From Phycisphaera mikurensis NBRC 102666 (lineage in GTDB: Bacteria; Planctomycetota; Phycisphaerae; Phycisphaerales; Phycisphaeraceae), in assembly GCF_000284115.1 (NCBI RefSeq), contig NC_017080.1, positions 930,001 through 962,000 on the forward strand: a DNA stretch of 32,000 bases, read 5' to 3'. Each line of letters opens with the position of its first letter. The first letter of the stretch is position 1. The position numbers were made by a program, and so were the translations under genes. Positions 1-10,663 of the stretch are shown one piece after another. The notes beneath the pieces are model-generated. The model was not told where the DNA came from and ran no database searches. It was given only the letters and a program-made list of their open reading frames with translations.

Positions 1-2
1 CG

Positions 3-1241
3 ATGGTGGGCGAGCTCGCCCCCACCGAGCGGGCGAAGGCGCTCTCGCCGCTGCTCAACGAGTACCGCGACAACGCCCGGGCGAACGGCCACGACTACGC
101 CGCGCTGCAGGCGATGTGCGTGCTCGGCGTCGAGCTGTACTACGTGGAGGATCCGGCCACCGGCCGCCGCCACGTGGTGAACCAGGCCGACCACGCCGTG
201 CTGGTCGGGGGCCTGTCGCCCGCGGAAGCCGACGAGAAGATCGCCGCCATGGCCGACCTCGCCGGCACGGGGAGCGCCGTGGGACGCCCGGCCCGCGAGC
301 TCGCCGACGCCGCCTCGGCCGGCGCGTGGCGGGCGGTGGAGCAGCTGCCCAGCGGGCGGAAGCTGCCCGGGGGCCGGTTGCACGACGGCAGCACGCTCTA
401 CACGCTCAGCCAGACCGAGGCGATCGACACCGGCATCGCCGAGGCCGAGGCCCGCACCGAGGCCGACCTCCAGGCCCTGCTCAATGCCGCCTCGGTGAGC
501 ACCGTCGGGCAGACCTGGAGCGAGGCCCTCGCGATGTTCCTGACCAACCCCTTCGTGCGGATGGGCCTCATCGCGATCTTCGGCATCGGCCTCTTCGTGG
601 AGATGCTCGCGCCGGGCTTCGGCCTCGCCGGCGGCGTCGCCCTCCTTGCCTTGGCCGCGCTGATCGGGGCGCCGCTGCTGGTGGGCCTCTCGGAGATCTG
701 GCACATCGGGTTGATGGTGATCGGGGTGGTCATGATCGTGATCGAGCTGCTCGCCACGCCCACCTTCGGCCTGATGGGCATCGTCGGCGTGGGCGCCGTG
801 CTCGCCGGGCTGGTGCTGTCGACCGTGCCCAGCTCCGGCGGCGGCCCGGTGCCGCTGCCCGCCCCGGGCACCGGCGGCCGCCTCGCCTCGGCCACGATCG
901 CAACGCTCTTGGCCTTCGTCGTCACCGGCTTCGCGTCGCTGGGCCTGATGAAGGTCTACGGCCGCGTGCCCGGGCTTTCCCGCCTCGTGCTCGGCGACGC
1001 GCCGGCGATCGACGCCCGCTCTGCGCCCCCGGGCCCGGACGCGGACGGCGCCGCGGACCGCGGCCCGGCCGTCGGTGAAACCGGCACGGTCCGCGGCGGC
1101 GGCCTCCGCCCGTCGGGCTCGATCGCCATCGGCGACCGCTGGATCGACGCCGTCTCCGCCGGCGGCTTCATCGAGGAAGGCACCGCCGTCACCGTCGTCG
1201 AGGTCGCCGGCAACCGCGTGGTGGTGGAAGCGGCGGCCTGA
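3..1241 (+). CDS. NfeD-family membrane protein (long form), 5' end outside the window
   Basis: The ORF is open to the window edge. A central block of hydrophobic helices (FVRMGLIAIFGIGLFVEML, LLVGLSEIWHIGLMVIGVVMIVIELL, LMGIVGVGAVLAGLVL) is followed by a C-terminal OB-fold-like NfeD signature (GETGTVRGGGLRPSGSIAIGDRWIDAVSAGGFIEEGTAVTVVEVAGNRVVV). GC3 is high in this frame. Confidence 0.7.
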   Translation: MVGELAPTERAKALSPLLNEYRDNARANGHDYAALQAMCVLGVELYYVEDPATGRRHVVNQADHAVLVGGLSPAEADEKIAAMADLAGTGSAVGRPARELADAASAGAWRAVEQLPSGRKLPGGRLHDGSTLYTLSQTEAIDTGIAEAEARTEADLQALLNAASVSTVGQTWSEALAMFLTNPFVRMGLIAIFGIGLFVEMLAPGFGLAGGVALLALAALIGAPLLVGLSEIWHIGLMVIGVVMIVIELLATPTFGLMGIVGVGAVLAGLVLSTVPSSGGGPVPLPAPGTGGRLASATIATLLAFVVTGFASLGLMKVYGRVPGLSRLVLGDAPAIDARSAPPGPDADGAADRGPAVGETGTVRGGGLRPSGSIAIGDRWIDAVSAGGFIEEGTAVTVVEVAGNRVVVEAAA

Positions 1242-1328
1242 GCGGGCGCCGCCGCGCGCCGCCTCGCCGCGATTCGGCGCCCGCGGGCCGCTGGCGGGGG
1301 GACGATCCGGACCCCGCGCGTCCGGAGG

Positions 1329-4300
1329 TCAGCCGGTTCGCTCGAGAGCCGCCGCCTGTGCCTCGATCGTGGCCAGCCTCGCCTCCGCCGCCGCGAGCTG
1401 GTCGCGGGTTTCCTGCACCAGCTTCGCCGGGGCTCGCGCCGTGTACTTGTCGTTGGCGAGGCGCCCACGCAGCTGGGCGATCGACTCGCCCGCGTCGGCG
1501 GCCTCGGCGGCGAGCCGCTTCCGCTCCTTCTCGGGGTCCGCCCCGAGCCCGTGGAGGAACATCTTCGAGCCGGCGACGAGCACCGTCTCGGCTCCCTTGG
1601 GCGGCTCGACGCCGGGGCCGAAGTCGCGGCCCTGGTAGTGGCCCAGCGTCTCGGCGAGGTGGCGGTGCGGCATCATCCGCGCGGCGAGCTCGTGGGGGAC
1701 GGCGCTGGAGATCTCCAGCTTCTGCCGCGGCGGCAGCCCGTGCCGCTGCCGCACCTCGCGGACCGCGCCGACCACCTCCTGGATCAAGCCGAAGTCCCGC
1801 TCGGCCTCCTCGTCGACCAGCACCGAGGCGGCGACCGGCCAGCCGGCCGTGCACAGAAGCGGCGAACCGGGGAGCTCCAACCCGTCCACGCTCTTCTCCC
1901 CCGGCACCGCGGCGTGCAGCGCGGCGAAGAGCCGCTCGGTCACGAAGGGCATGGCCGGGTGGCACAGCCGCAGCGCCGCGTCGAAGCAGGTCAGCAGCAC
2001 GCGCCGCTGGTGCGCGTTGCCACGCGCCGTGGGCTTCACCGCCTCGATGTACCAGTCGCAGAGGTCGCGCCAGACGAAGTCGTAAACCGCCGCCGCGTAC
2101 TCGGCGAAGGCGTAGCGGGCGAGCGCGTCGTCGGCGGCGTGCACGGTCCGCGCCAGCCGCGAGAGGATCCACCGCTCGGCAAGCCCGAGGCCGTCGCGGC
2201 TGCCGCCGGTGATCGCCCGCGGCGCTTCGGCCGCGGCGTCGTCCGCCTCGGCAACGATCTGCAGCGTGAAGCGGGTCGCGTTCCAGAGCTTGTTGGCGAA
2301 GCGCTGGCCCAGGTCGAACTTCGAGCTGGTGTTCCTCGCGAGCGGGCGGTCGTCGGTCGGCGTCGCCTCGCCCGAGGCGGCGCCGTAGCTGCTGACGAAG
2401 GCCCGGCCGCGACGCTCCTGGACCGGCTTCGACACCTTGAAGCCGGCTTGGTTGGTGAACACCTCCGGCTGGAAGGCCTCGCCGGTGTGCGGGTCGAGCA
2501 TGTCCACGGGCAGGCGGACGTCCTGCGTGTGCGTGGTCATCGACGCGAGGGTGAACCGCATCGCGTCCGCGCCGTGGCTCTGGATGATGTCCAGCGGGTC
2601 GACGCCGTTGCCGAGGCTCTTGCTCATCTTCTGCCCGAAGCCGTCCTGGATCATCGCGTGGATGAAGACGTCCTGGAACGGGAGCCGACCCTCGAAGTAG
2701 ACGTTGAACATGACCATCCGCGAGACCCACAGCGTGATGATCTCGCGGGCCGTCGTGAGCACGCTCGTCGGGTTCCATCGCTCCAGGTCGGAGGATGCAG
2801 CGGGCCAGCCCAGCGTGGACAGCGGCCAGAGGGCGGAGGAGAACCAGGTGTCCAGGACGTCGGGGTCCTGCGCGAAGCCGGCGGCATCGAGCCACCGCGG
2901 CACCTCCTCGCCGGCGCTCTCGCTGACGCAGACGTACCACTGCGCCGGCGCGTCCTCGGTGCGGCTCGCCAGCTCGGCGAGCTGCTCGATGCCCAGGTTG
3001 CCGGTGGTGAAGTCGACCATCGGCCCTTCGGAATAGGTCGCCCGGACGAAGACGTCCTCGCCCTCGCCGAAGAAGAGGTCCTGCCCGCTCACGTCGTCCG
3101 CCAGCAGGTCGGCCAGCTCGCGGAAGGACATCCTCGCCGACCACACCGGGATCCGGTGCCCCCACCACAGCTGCCGCGAGATGCACCAGTCCCGCAGCCC
3201 CTCGTGCCAGGCCTGGAACGTCTTCGCGTAGCGGGCCGGGGTGAAGGTGAGCCCGGTCGCGGCGGGCTCGGGGGCGCTGCCGAACGCCGCGTCCCCGGTC
3301 GCCTGCCGCTGCGAGGGATCCATCGCCCGCAGCGCCGCGCCCTTCAACCGATCGTCGGTCACCGCCAGGTACCACTGGTCGCTGTAATAAGGCTCGATCG
3401 CCGCGTGGCTGCGGTAGCTGTGGCCCACGGCGTGGCGGTGCGGGATGACCGCGGGGCAGAGGCCCAGGTCCTTGAAGCGCTTGACGATCGCCGTCCGCGC
3501 GTCCTCGCGGGAGAGGCCCAGGAAAGGCTGCAACGCGTCGCCATCGCACGCTTGGAAGTCGTCCCAGCCGTGGTCTTTGGAGATGCTCGCGTCGGGGGCC
3601 ATCACGTTGACCACCGGCAGGCCGTGGCGCTGCCCGATGAGGTAGTCGTTGGGGTCGTGCGCCGGGGTGACCTTCAGGAACCCGGTGGACAGCTTCGCCT
3701 TCGCGTCGGCGGAATCGGGGTCGGGGATCACCACGTAGCCGTCGCCGATGACCGGGATGATCCGGCCGACGATCGGCAGCCTCACGCGCTTGCCGATGAA
3801 CGCTGCCCGCGGCGGGTCGTCGGGGTTCACCGCCACCGCGGTGTCGCCGAGCATCGTTTCCGGCCGCGTCGTCGCGACCGTCAGGGTCTCGCCGGTCGGC
3901 TCGCCTTGCTCATCCACCACCGGGTAGACGAGGTGGTAGAAGTTCCCGTCCACCTCCTCCATCTCCACCTCGTCGTCGGCGAGCGCGGTCTGGCTCACCG
4001 GGTCCCAGTTCACCAGCCGCTTGCCGCGGTAGATCAGGCCGTCGCGGAACAGCCGGTAGAAGGCCTCGCGCACCGCCTCGCTGCGGGGCTCGTCCATCGT
4101 GAACGCCTGCCTCGACCAGTCGCACGAACAGCCCATCGCCTTCAGCTGCTCGGTGATGGTTTCCTCGTAGCGGTCCTTCCAGGCCTGCACCTTCGCGACG
4201 AAGGCGCCGCGCCCGGAGCCGGGCTTCTGCGCCTCTTCGAGCTTGTACTCCTTCAACGCCCGCTCGCCCTCGGCCTGAAGCCGCCGATCGACCACCGTCT

Positions 4301-4580
4301 GCGTCGCGATGCCCGCGTGGTCGGTGCCCGGCAGCCACACGGCGTTTCTCCCCTTCATCCGGGCGTGGCGGACGAGGACGTCCTGGATCGTGTTGTTGAG
4401 CGCGTGGCCCAGGTGCAGCGCCGCCGTCACGTTCGGCGGCGGGATGCACACGCTGAAGGGCTCGCCGGGCGCCTCGGGATCGGCCCGGAACGCGTCCGCC
4501 TCGGCCCACTTCCGCGTGACCTCCGCCTCGTTTCCGGCCGGGTCGTACTGCGGGGGTAGCTCGGTCAAGTCGTTCTGCAT
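1329..4580 (-). CDS. valS: valine--tRNA ligase
   Basis: Class I aaRS motifs are present: PPPNVTAALHLGHALN (HIGH-type) and KMSKSLGN (KMSKS), with the editing-domain region and the C-terminal coiled coil typical of ValRS. I chose the start at MQNDLTELPPQYDP (ATG, complement of 4578-4580) rather than the upstream ATG at 4829, whose 83 extra residues are Pro/Arg/Gly-rich. Confidence 0.95.
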   Translation of the reverse strand: MQNDLTELPPQYDPAGNEAEVTRKWAEADAFRADPEAPGEPFSVCIPPPNVTAALHLGHALNNTIQDVLVRHARMKGRNAVWLPGTDHAGIATQTVVDRRLQAEGERALKEYKLEEAQKPGSGRGAFVAKVQAWKDRYEETITEQLKAMGCSCDWSRQAFTMDEPRSEAVREAFYRLFRDGLIYRGKRLVNWDPVSQTALADDEVEMEEVDGNFYHLVYPVVDEQGEPTGETLTVATTRPETMLGDTAVAVNPDDPPRAAFIGKRVRLPIVGRIIPVIGDGYVVIPDPDSADAKAKLSTGFLKVTPAHDPNDYLIGQRHGLPVVNVMAPDASISKDHGWDDFQACDGDALQPFLGLSREDARTAIVKRFKDLGLCPAVIPHRHAVGHSYRSHAAIEPYYSDQWYLAVTDDRLKGAALRAMDPSQRQATGDAAFGSAPEPAATGLTFTPARYAKTFQAWHEGLRDWCISRQLWWGHRIPVWSARMSFRELADLLADDVSGQDLFFGEGEDVFVRATYSEGPMVDFTTGNLGIEQLAELASRTEDAPAQWYVCVSESAGEEVPRWLDAAGFAQDPDVLDTWFSSALWPLSTLGWPAASSDLERWNPTSVLTTAREIITLWVSRMVMFNVYFEGRLPFQDVFIHAMIQDGFGQKMSKSLGNGVDPLDIIQSHGADAMRFTLASMTTHTQDVRLPVDMLDPHTGEAFQPEVFTNQAGFKVSKPVQERRGRAFVSSYGAASGEATPTDDRPLARNTSSKFDLGQRFANKLWNATRFTLQIVAEADDAAAEAPRAITGGSRDGLGLAERWILSRLARTVHAADDALARYAFAEYAAAVYDFVWRDLCDWYIEAVKPTARGNAHQRRVLLTCFDAALRLCHPAMPFVTERLFAALHAAVPGEKSVDGLELPGSPLLCTAGWPVAASVLVDEEAERDFGLIQEVVGAVREVRQRHGLPPRQKLEISSAVPHELAARMMPHRHLAETLGHYQGRDFGPGVEPPKGAETVLVAGSKMFLHGLGADPEKERKRLAAEAADAGESIAQLRGRLANDKYTARAPAKLVQETRDQLAAAEARLATIEAQAAALERTG

Positions 4581-4698
4581 CGGGCGGAGAGCGTAGAGCA
4601 GGCGGGAATACGCCCCAACGGAGCGGCGGGGCCGCCCGCACGCTCCCGGCGGGGCGGCGCCGCCGGTCCGCGGTCCAAGCGGCCACCTACCTTTCCCC

Positions 4699-6261
4699 AT
4701 GCCCAGAGCGAAGAAGCGTGCGGCGGTCGTCCTCGGGAACCAGCTCTTCGAGGCGAAGCACTGGACCCAAGCAGGGGTCGACCCCGCCGGCACGCCGCTG
4801 TTCATGGCCGAGGACCTCGGGCTGTGCACCTACTTCCGGCACCACCAGCACAAGCTCGTGCTGTTCCTCGCGGCGATGCGCTCGCACCGGGACGCGCTGC
4901 AGAAAGCGGGCTTCGACGTCGCCTACCGGGCCTTCGGCGACGAGGACGCCGAGCCCGAGACGCCGTACCTCCAGAAGCTCGGCGCCTGGCTGGACACGCT
5001 CGGGAGCGTCGAGGAGCTCGTGCTCTTCGAAGTCGAGGACCGGTGGTTCGAGGCCGAGCTGGAGGCGTGGGCGGACGCCCGCGGGCTCGGGCTCGCGTTC
5101 CTGCAGAGCCCGATGTTCCTGACCTCGCGGGAGCAGTTCGCCGAGTACCTCGAGGACGCCGACGGCAAGCCGTTCATGGCTCGCTTCTACCAGCGGCAGC
5201 GCCGGCGGCTGAAGCTCCTGATGGACGACTGGGGCCGCCCGGTGTCGGGCAAGTGGAGCCTCGACCACGAGAACCGCGAGAAGCTGCCCGCCGGGGTCGA
5301 GGTGCCGGAGACGTCGTGGGCGAAGCCGACCACGCACGTCAGAGACGTCTGCCGCGTGGTCGCCGACCGCTTCGCCGGACACCCCGGCGACGTCGGGAAC
5401 TTCTGGCTGCCCACCACCCGGAAGCAGGCCCTCGCCTGGCTGAAGGCGTTCCTCGACGACCGCTTCGAGCGGTTCGGCCCGTACGAAGACGCGCTCTCCA
5501 ACCGCGACCCGGTGCTCTTCCACTCCGCCCTCTCGCCGGTCCTGAACCTGGGCTTGCTCACCCCGCGCGAGGTGGTCGCCGCCGCGGTGGACCACGCCAG
5601 GAAGCACGAGGAGGCCGCGGGCGAGCCCTTCCCGCTCAACTCGCTGGAGGGCTTCGTCCGCCAGGTCATCGGCTGGCGCGAGTTCGTCCGCGGCGTCTAC
5701 GGCCACTTCGATGAGGAGCAAGACGGCAGCAACCGCTGGGACAACCACCGCAAGCCGACGCGGGCCTGGTGGGACGGCACCACCGGCGTGCCGCCGCTCG
5801 ACGACGCGATCCGGAAGGCCAACCGCCTCGGTTGGACCCACCACATCGAGCGGCTCATGGTGATGGGCAACCTCTTCAACCTCTGCGAGATCGAGCCGCG
5901 CGAGGCCCACCGGTGGTTCATGGAGATGTACGTCGACTCCAGCGACTGGGTGATGGGGCCCAACGTCTACGGGATGGGTTTGTGCAGCGACGGCGGCATC
6001 TTCGCCACCAAGCCGTACATCTGCGGCTCGTCGTACCTCGTGAAGATGAGCGATTCGTACAAGAAAACCGGCAAGGGCAACGCGTGGGCCGACGCCGTCG
6101 ACGGCTTGTACTGGCGCTTCATCGACAAGCACCGCGACTTCTTCAACGCCAACCCGCGGATGGCCGTCATGGTGGGCACCTACGACAAGATGAAGCCGGA
6201 GCGCAAGAAGACGATCCGCGAAGCCGGGGAGGCGCTGCTGGACCGCATCACGACGGCGTGA
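4699..6261 (+). CDS. cryptochrome/photolyase-family protein, COG3046 / FeS-BCP (PhrB/CryB-like) type
   Basis: 520 aa. Blocks VLGNQLF, LCTYFRHHQHKLVLFLAAMRSHR, GWREFVRG and HHIERLMVMGNLFNL, plus a Cys-containing C-terminal part (NLCEIE, GLCSDGG, YICGSSY), match the photolyase-related COG3046 family as I remember it. The gene is divergent from valS. Confidence 0.8.
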   Translation: MPRAKKRAAVVLGNQLFEAKHWTQAGVDPAGTPLFMAEDLGLCTYFRHHQHKLVLFLAAMRSHRDALQKAGFDVAYRAFGDEDAEPETPYLQKLGAWLDTLGSVEELVLFEVEDRWFEAELEAWADARGLGLAFLQSPMFLTSREQFAEYLEDADGKPFMARFYQRQRRRLKLLMDDWGRPVSGKWSLDHENREKLPAGVEVPETSWAKPTTHVRDVCRVVADRFAGHPGDVGNFWLPTTRKQALAWLKAFLDDRFERFGPYEDALSNRDPVLFHSALSPVLNLGLLTPREVVAAAVDHARKHEEAAGEPFPLNSLEGFVRQVIGWREFVRGVYGHFDEEQDGSNRWDNHRKPTRAWWDGTTGVPPLDDAIRKANRLGWTHHIERLMVMGNLFNLCEIEPREAHRWFMEMYVDSSDWVMGPNVYGMGLCSDGGIFATKPYICGSSYLVKMSDSYKKTGKGNAWADAVDGLYWRFIDKHRDFFNANPRMAVMVGTYDKMKPERKKTIREAGEALLDRITTA

Positions 6262-6271
6262 GCCGGAGGTT

Positions 6272-6317
6272 CCGCGGACCGCGGCTGAAGAACGGCGAAA
6301 CGCCCGACGGTCCGCGG
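6272..6317. repeat. 46-bp palindromic element, copy A (CCGCGGACCG-N26-CGGTCCGCGG)
   Basis: Arms at 6272-6281 and 6308-6317 are exact reverse complements with a 26-nt spacer. It lies between the convergent photolyase-like and HNH genes. The right arm with its flank (CCGACGGTCCGCGG) is identical to copy C at 20628-20641. Confidence 0.7.
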
Positions 6318-6351
6318 CCGCGGGCTCCGCCCGCGGCGCTCCGCTGCGGCG

Positions 6352-6723
6352 TCACCTCGGCTTCCGGACCGCGACCCGCCGGTGCGGGTCCTGCTTCGCC
6401 GCGAACCGGGCGAAGCGGGCCAGCGCCGGGTGCGATCGGAGTGCCTCGACGGTGTGGTATCGCTCCGCGAGCTCCCGCTCGGAGAGCGTCGCGTGCACCG
6501 TGCGGTGGCACGGCCGGCACAGCGGGGCGGTCGCGTGCTTGAGGTCTACCCCCGCGTGCTCCCGCTTGATCCGCGCCCGCCCGTGCGTCGCCCGCGGCAC
6601 GAGGTGGTGCTTCGTCAGCGGCACGCCCGCGCGCCCGCACAGCGCACACGCGGCCGGCTCGCCGCCCTCCGCCCGCCACGGCGCTCCCGCCGCCAGGTTC
6701 TGTTTCGCTTTCGCGCGGCCCAT
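6352..6723 (-). CDS. small HNH endonuclease-domain protein
   Basis: 123 aa starting at MGRAKAKQNL (ATG, complement of 6721-6723). It has a Cys/His pattern typical of HNH: CALCG...HHLVPR...CRPCHRTVH. The upstream part of the 217-aa track ORF is low-complexity and was not used. Confidence 0.6.
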   Translation of the reverse strand: MGRAKAKQNLAAGAPWRAEGGEPAACALCGRAGVPLTKHHLVPRATHGRARIKREHAGVDLKHATAPLCRPCHRTVHATLSERELAERYHTVEALRSHPALARFARFAAKQDPHRRVAVRKPR

Positions 6724-6817
6724 CCGCGGGAACGGTAGCGCGGAAGCGGGGCGGGCGGGTCCGAAGCGCGGCCCGGCGGGCACCCGCTCCACCCCGCCGC
6801 CGCGGCATACTGCACCG

Positions 6818-7336
6818 ATGGCGACCGCCCCTCCCCCGCGTGCCGATCGCTGGCGACGCCGCCTGGCCGGGCTGCCGGCCGTGCTCCTGGGGATCGTCGT
6901 CCTGCTCGGCGGGCTGCTCCTCGGGTTCGCGCTCCTGTTCGCGGTGAACGCGACCTCCGGCAGGAACGACGGCCACGCGCACTTCGGCGCCGCCGGCATG
7001 CTCATGGCCTACATGGACGACCACGGCGGGGCGTGGCCGCGGGGCTGGGACGACCTGGAGCCGTACTTCCGCGACGGCCGGGGCCGGAGCCGGAGCCGGG
7101 TCCAGGGCTGGTCGTACGAGAAGTTCCAGAGCCGCGTCTGGATCGACTTCGAAGCCGATCCCGAGGCCCTGCGGGCCGCGAGCCGCGCGGCCGGCCCCGG
7201 CGCCCGCGCGCCCTTCGACGTCGTGCGGAGCCGCCGCTTCTGGCAAGCGCCGTGGGTCGCCGTGGTGGGCGGGGGCGCCGACCAGAACCTCCACGACCGC
7301 TTCGCTCCGCCGCCTCCGCTCGAAGCGCTGCCGTAG
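6818..7336 (+). CDS. hypothetical membrane-anchored protein
   Basis: Start at MATAPPPRADRWRRRLAGLPAVLLGIVVLLGGLLLGFALLFAV (ATG 6818), with one N-terminal TM helix and then a soluble domain. GC3 is high. I recognise no family. It is divergent from the HNH gene. Confidence 0.55.
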   Translation: MATAPPPRADRWRRRLAGLPAVLLGIVVLLGGLLLGFALLFAVNATSGRNDGHAHFGAAGMLMAYMDDHGGAWPRGWDDLEPYFRDGRGRSRSRVQGWSYEKFQSRVWIDFEADPEALRAASRAAGPGARAPFDVVRSRRFWQAPWVAVVGGGADQNLHDRFAPPPPLEALP

Positions 7337-7440
7337 CGCCGGGCGGGCCGCTGCGTCGTCGCCGGCCCCGGCCGCGGCCCCGCGTGCCGCCTACCAATCC
7401 GCGGGCGGCGGTCGCACGCGTGCGTCCGCGTGGTCCCCGG

Positions 7441-8796
7441 ATGAGCCGATCGCTGCTTCTGTTGCTCGTGGTCGTGGTGATCGACCAGCTGGACTCGGGG
7501 ATGGCCACGCCCATCTACCCGATGCTCTTCACCGATCCGGACAGCCCGGAGCTGCTGGTGAGCCCGCGGAGCGCGGAGCGCTCGGGCGCCTGGTTCATCG
7601 CGCTGCTGGCGCTGGCTTACGCGGTGCCGGCCTTCCTCTGCCAGCCGATCATCGGGCAGCTGAGCGACCGCTTCGGCCGCAAGCCGTTGCTGCTGATGAG
7701 CTTCGCCTCGTCGACGCTCTCGTACGCGGTGGTCGCCGCGGCGATCCATCTCGACAGCTTCGGCGGGGTGCTCCTGGGGCGGGTGATCGACGGCTTCGCG
7801 GCCGGCAACATCCTCGTGGCCGCCGGGGTCATCGCGGACCGCAGCGACGGCGCCGAGCGGACGCGGAGGTTCGGCTGGTTCACCGCGGCGCTCTCGCTGG
7901 GCTTCGTCATCGGCCCGCTCTTCGGCGGGTACCTAAGCGACACCGAAGCGGCGGATTGGCGCGGGCCGGGCACGGCGTTCGCGGTGTCGGGCGTGCTCAA
8001 CCTCGTGGCGATGGCGGTGTTCTGGCTGGGCTTCCGCGAGTCGCTGGCCGAGGAGGACCGCGAGGAGGACGACTTCGCCTGGGGGCAGTCGTTCCGCAAC
8101 GCCAAGGCGGCGCTCTTCGATGAGGGCCGGCGGTCGCTCTACCTGCTGCTGGCCTGCTTCATCGTGGCGTACATGTCCTTCCTGCTGTTCGCGGGCGTGC
8201 TGCTCGAAGAGCGCTTCGGGATGGGCCCGGTGGAGCTGGGGTGGTTCTTCAGCGCGCTGGGCCTGGGCCTGGCGGCGGTGCAGATCTTCCTCGTCGACCC
8301 GGTGGAGAAGAGGTTGGGGGCGCGGCGGGCGCTCTGCGCGGTCTTCTTCCTGATGGCCGGCGCGGTCGCGCTGGTGGGCTCCGCCTGGTCGCCCTGGGTG
8401 GCGTACGCGGCCATCGTGCCCTTCGCGCTGGGCACGGGGATGATCGAGCCGGTGCTGCAGAGCCTGATCAGCCGCTCCGCGAGCGAGCGGGAGCAGGGCC
8501 GGGTGCAGGGCGTGCGGGGCAGCGTCGACTCCCTGGCCCGGGTCCTCCCGCCGCTCGCCGCCGGCCCGGTCGCGGCGCTGGGCGCGACCGGCTGGGCCCT
8601 CTACGCCGCCGCGCTCGCCGCCGCCCTCGGCGGCGTGGGGTCCGCCTGGCTCGTGGCGCACAAGCCCTCCGCGGCCTTCGCCCGGTCCGAGGGCGAGGAG
8701 GGCGACGCGGGCGACGGGGACCACCGACGCGACGACGACCTCACCGGCACGGGCGGCCGGGCGGAGGAACCCGAGGAGTCCGTCGCGTACACCTGA
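7441..8796 (+). CDS. MFS transporter (TCR/Tet-like drug:H+ antiporter type)
   Basis: Start at MSRSLLLLLVVVVIDQLDSG (ATG 7441). It carries the MFS signature GQLSDRFGRKPLLL between TM2 and TM3 and about 12 predicted hydrophobic helices. The 136 residues upstream in the track ORF are Pro/Arg-rich and unlikely to be coding. Confidence 0.85.
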   Translation: MSRSLLLLLVVVVIDQLDSGMATPIYPMLFTDPDSPELLVSPRSAERSGAWFIALLALAYAVPAFLCQPIIGQLSDRFGRKPLLLMSFASSTLSYAVVAAAIHLDSFGGVLLGRVIDGFAAGNILVAAGVIADRSDGAERTRRFGWFTAALSLGFVIGPLFGGYLSDTEAADWRGPGTAFAVSGVLNLVAMAVFWLGFRESLAEEDREEDDFAWGQSFRNAKAALFDEGRRSLYLLLACFIVAYMSFLLFAGVLLEERFGMGPVELGWFFSALGLGLAAVQIFLVDPVEKRLGARRALCAVFFLMAGAVALVGSAWSPWVAYAAIVPFALGTGMIEPVLQSLISRSASEREQGRVQGVRGSVDSLARVLPPLAAGPVAALGATGWALYAAALAAALGGVGSAWLVAHKPSAAFARSEGEEGDAGDGDHRRDDDLTGTGGRAEEPEESVAYT

Positions 8797-9083
8797 AGGC
8801 GAGCCGCGGGCGGGTCGGCCGCCGGGCGTCGACCGGCACCGCGGCCGGCGCACGCACGCCAAGCGCGTGGCTGCCGATGCGGAGCGAGTCCGCGTGGCCG
8901 CCCGGTCCGCGCGGGGGCGGCACCGGGTCTTCGGGTCCCACCGGGAATCGACGGCCACGGCGTGGGTGGACCGCCTGCCCCGTGGTGTGCCGGGCGAGGC
9001 CGGTGGCGGTCCGGGCGTCGCCGATCCGGGGCTGCGCCCGCCCGGGGTGCGAGACCCCGCGGCTTCCCTACGATTGAAGTCCC

Positions 9084-10640
<1,557 letters not shown>

Positions 10641-10663
10641 GCCGGGCCGCGCAGGGAACGCTC

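Noticed and set aside
1306-1326. Short GC hairpins just after stop codons, considered as intrinsic terminators. They are 1306-1326 (7-bp stem, valS/NfeD convergent), 12197-12217 (7-bp stem, after atpC) and 17498-17529 (8-bp stem, after der).
   Set aside because: None has a U-tract. Stems of 7-8 bp are expected frequently by chance at this GC content, so I did not list them as features.
1189-4559. Very long ORFs overlapping valS on both strands (786 aa, 1002 aa and 284 aa in the track).
   Set aside because: Their translations are Arg/Pro/Gly/Ala low-complexity, as is typical of off-frame reading in DNA of about 70% GC. The valS frame carries all the conserved aaRS motifs.
4664-4673. Isolated half-sites of the 46-bp palindrome family: CGGTCCGCGG at 4664-4673 and CCGCGGACC at 16771-16779.
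   Set aside because: No partner arm lies at the expected 26-nt distance. Single SacII-containing 9-10-mers are not convincing in DNA of this GC content.
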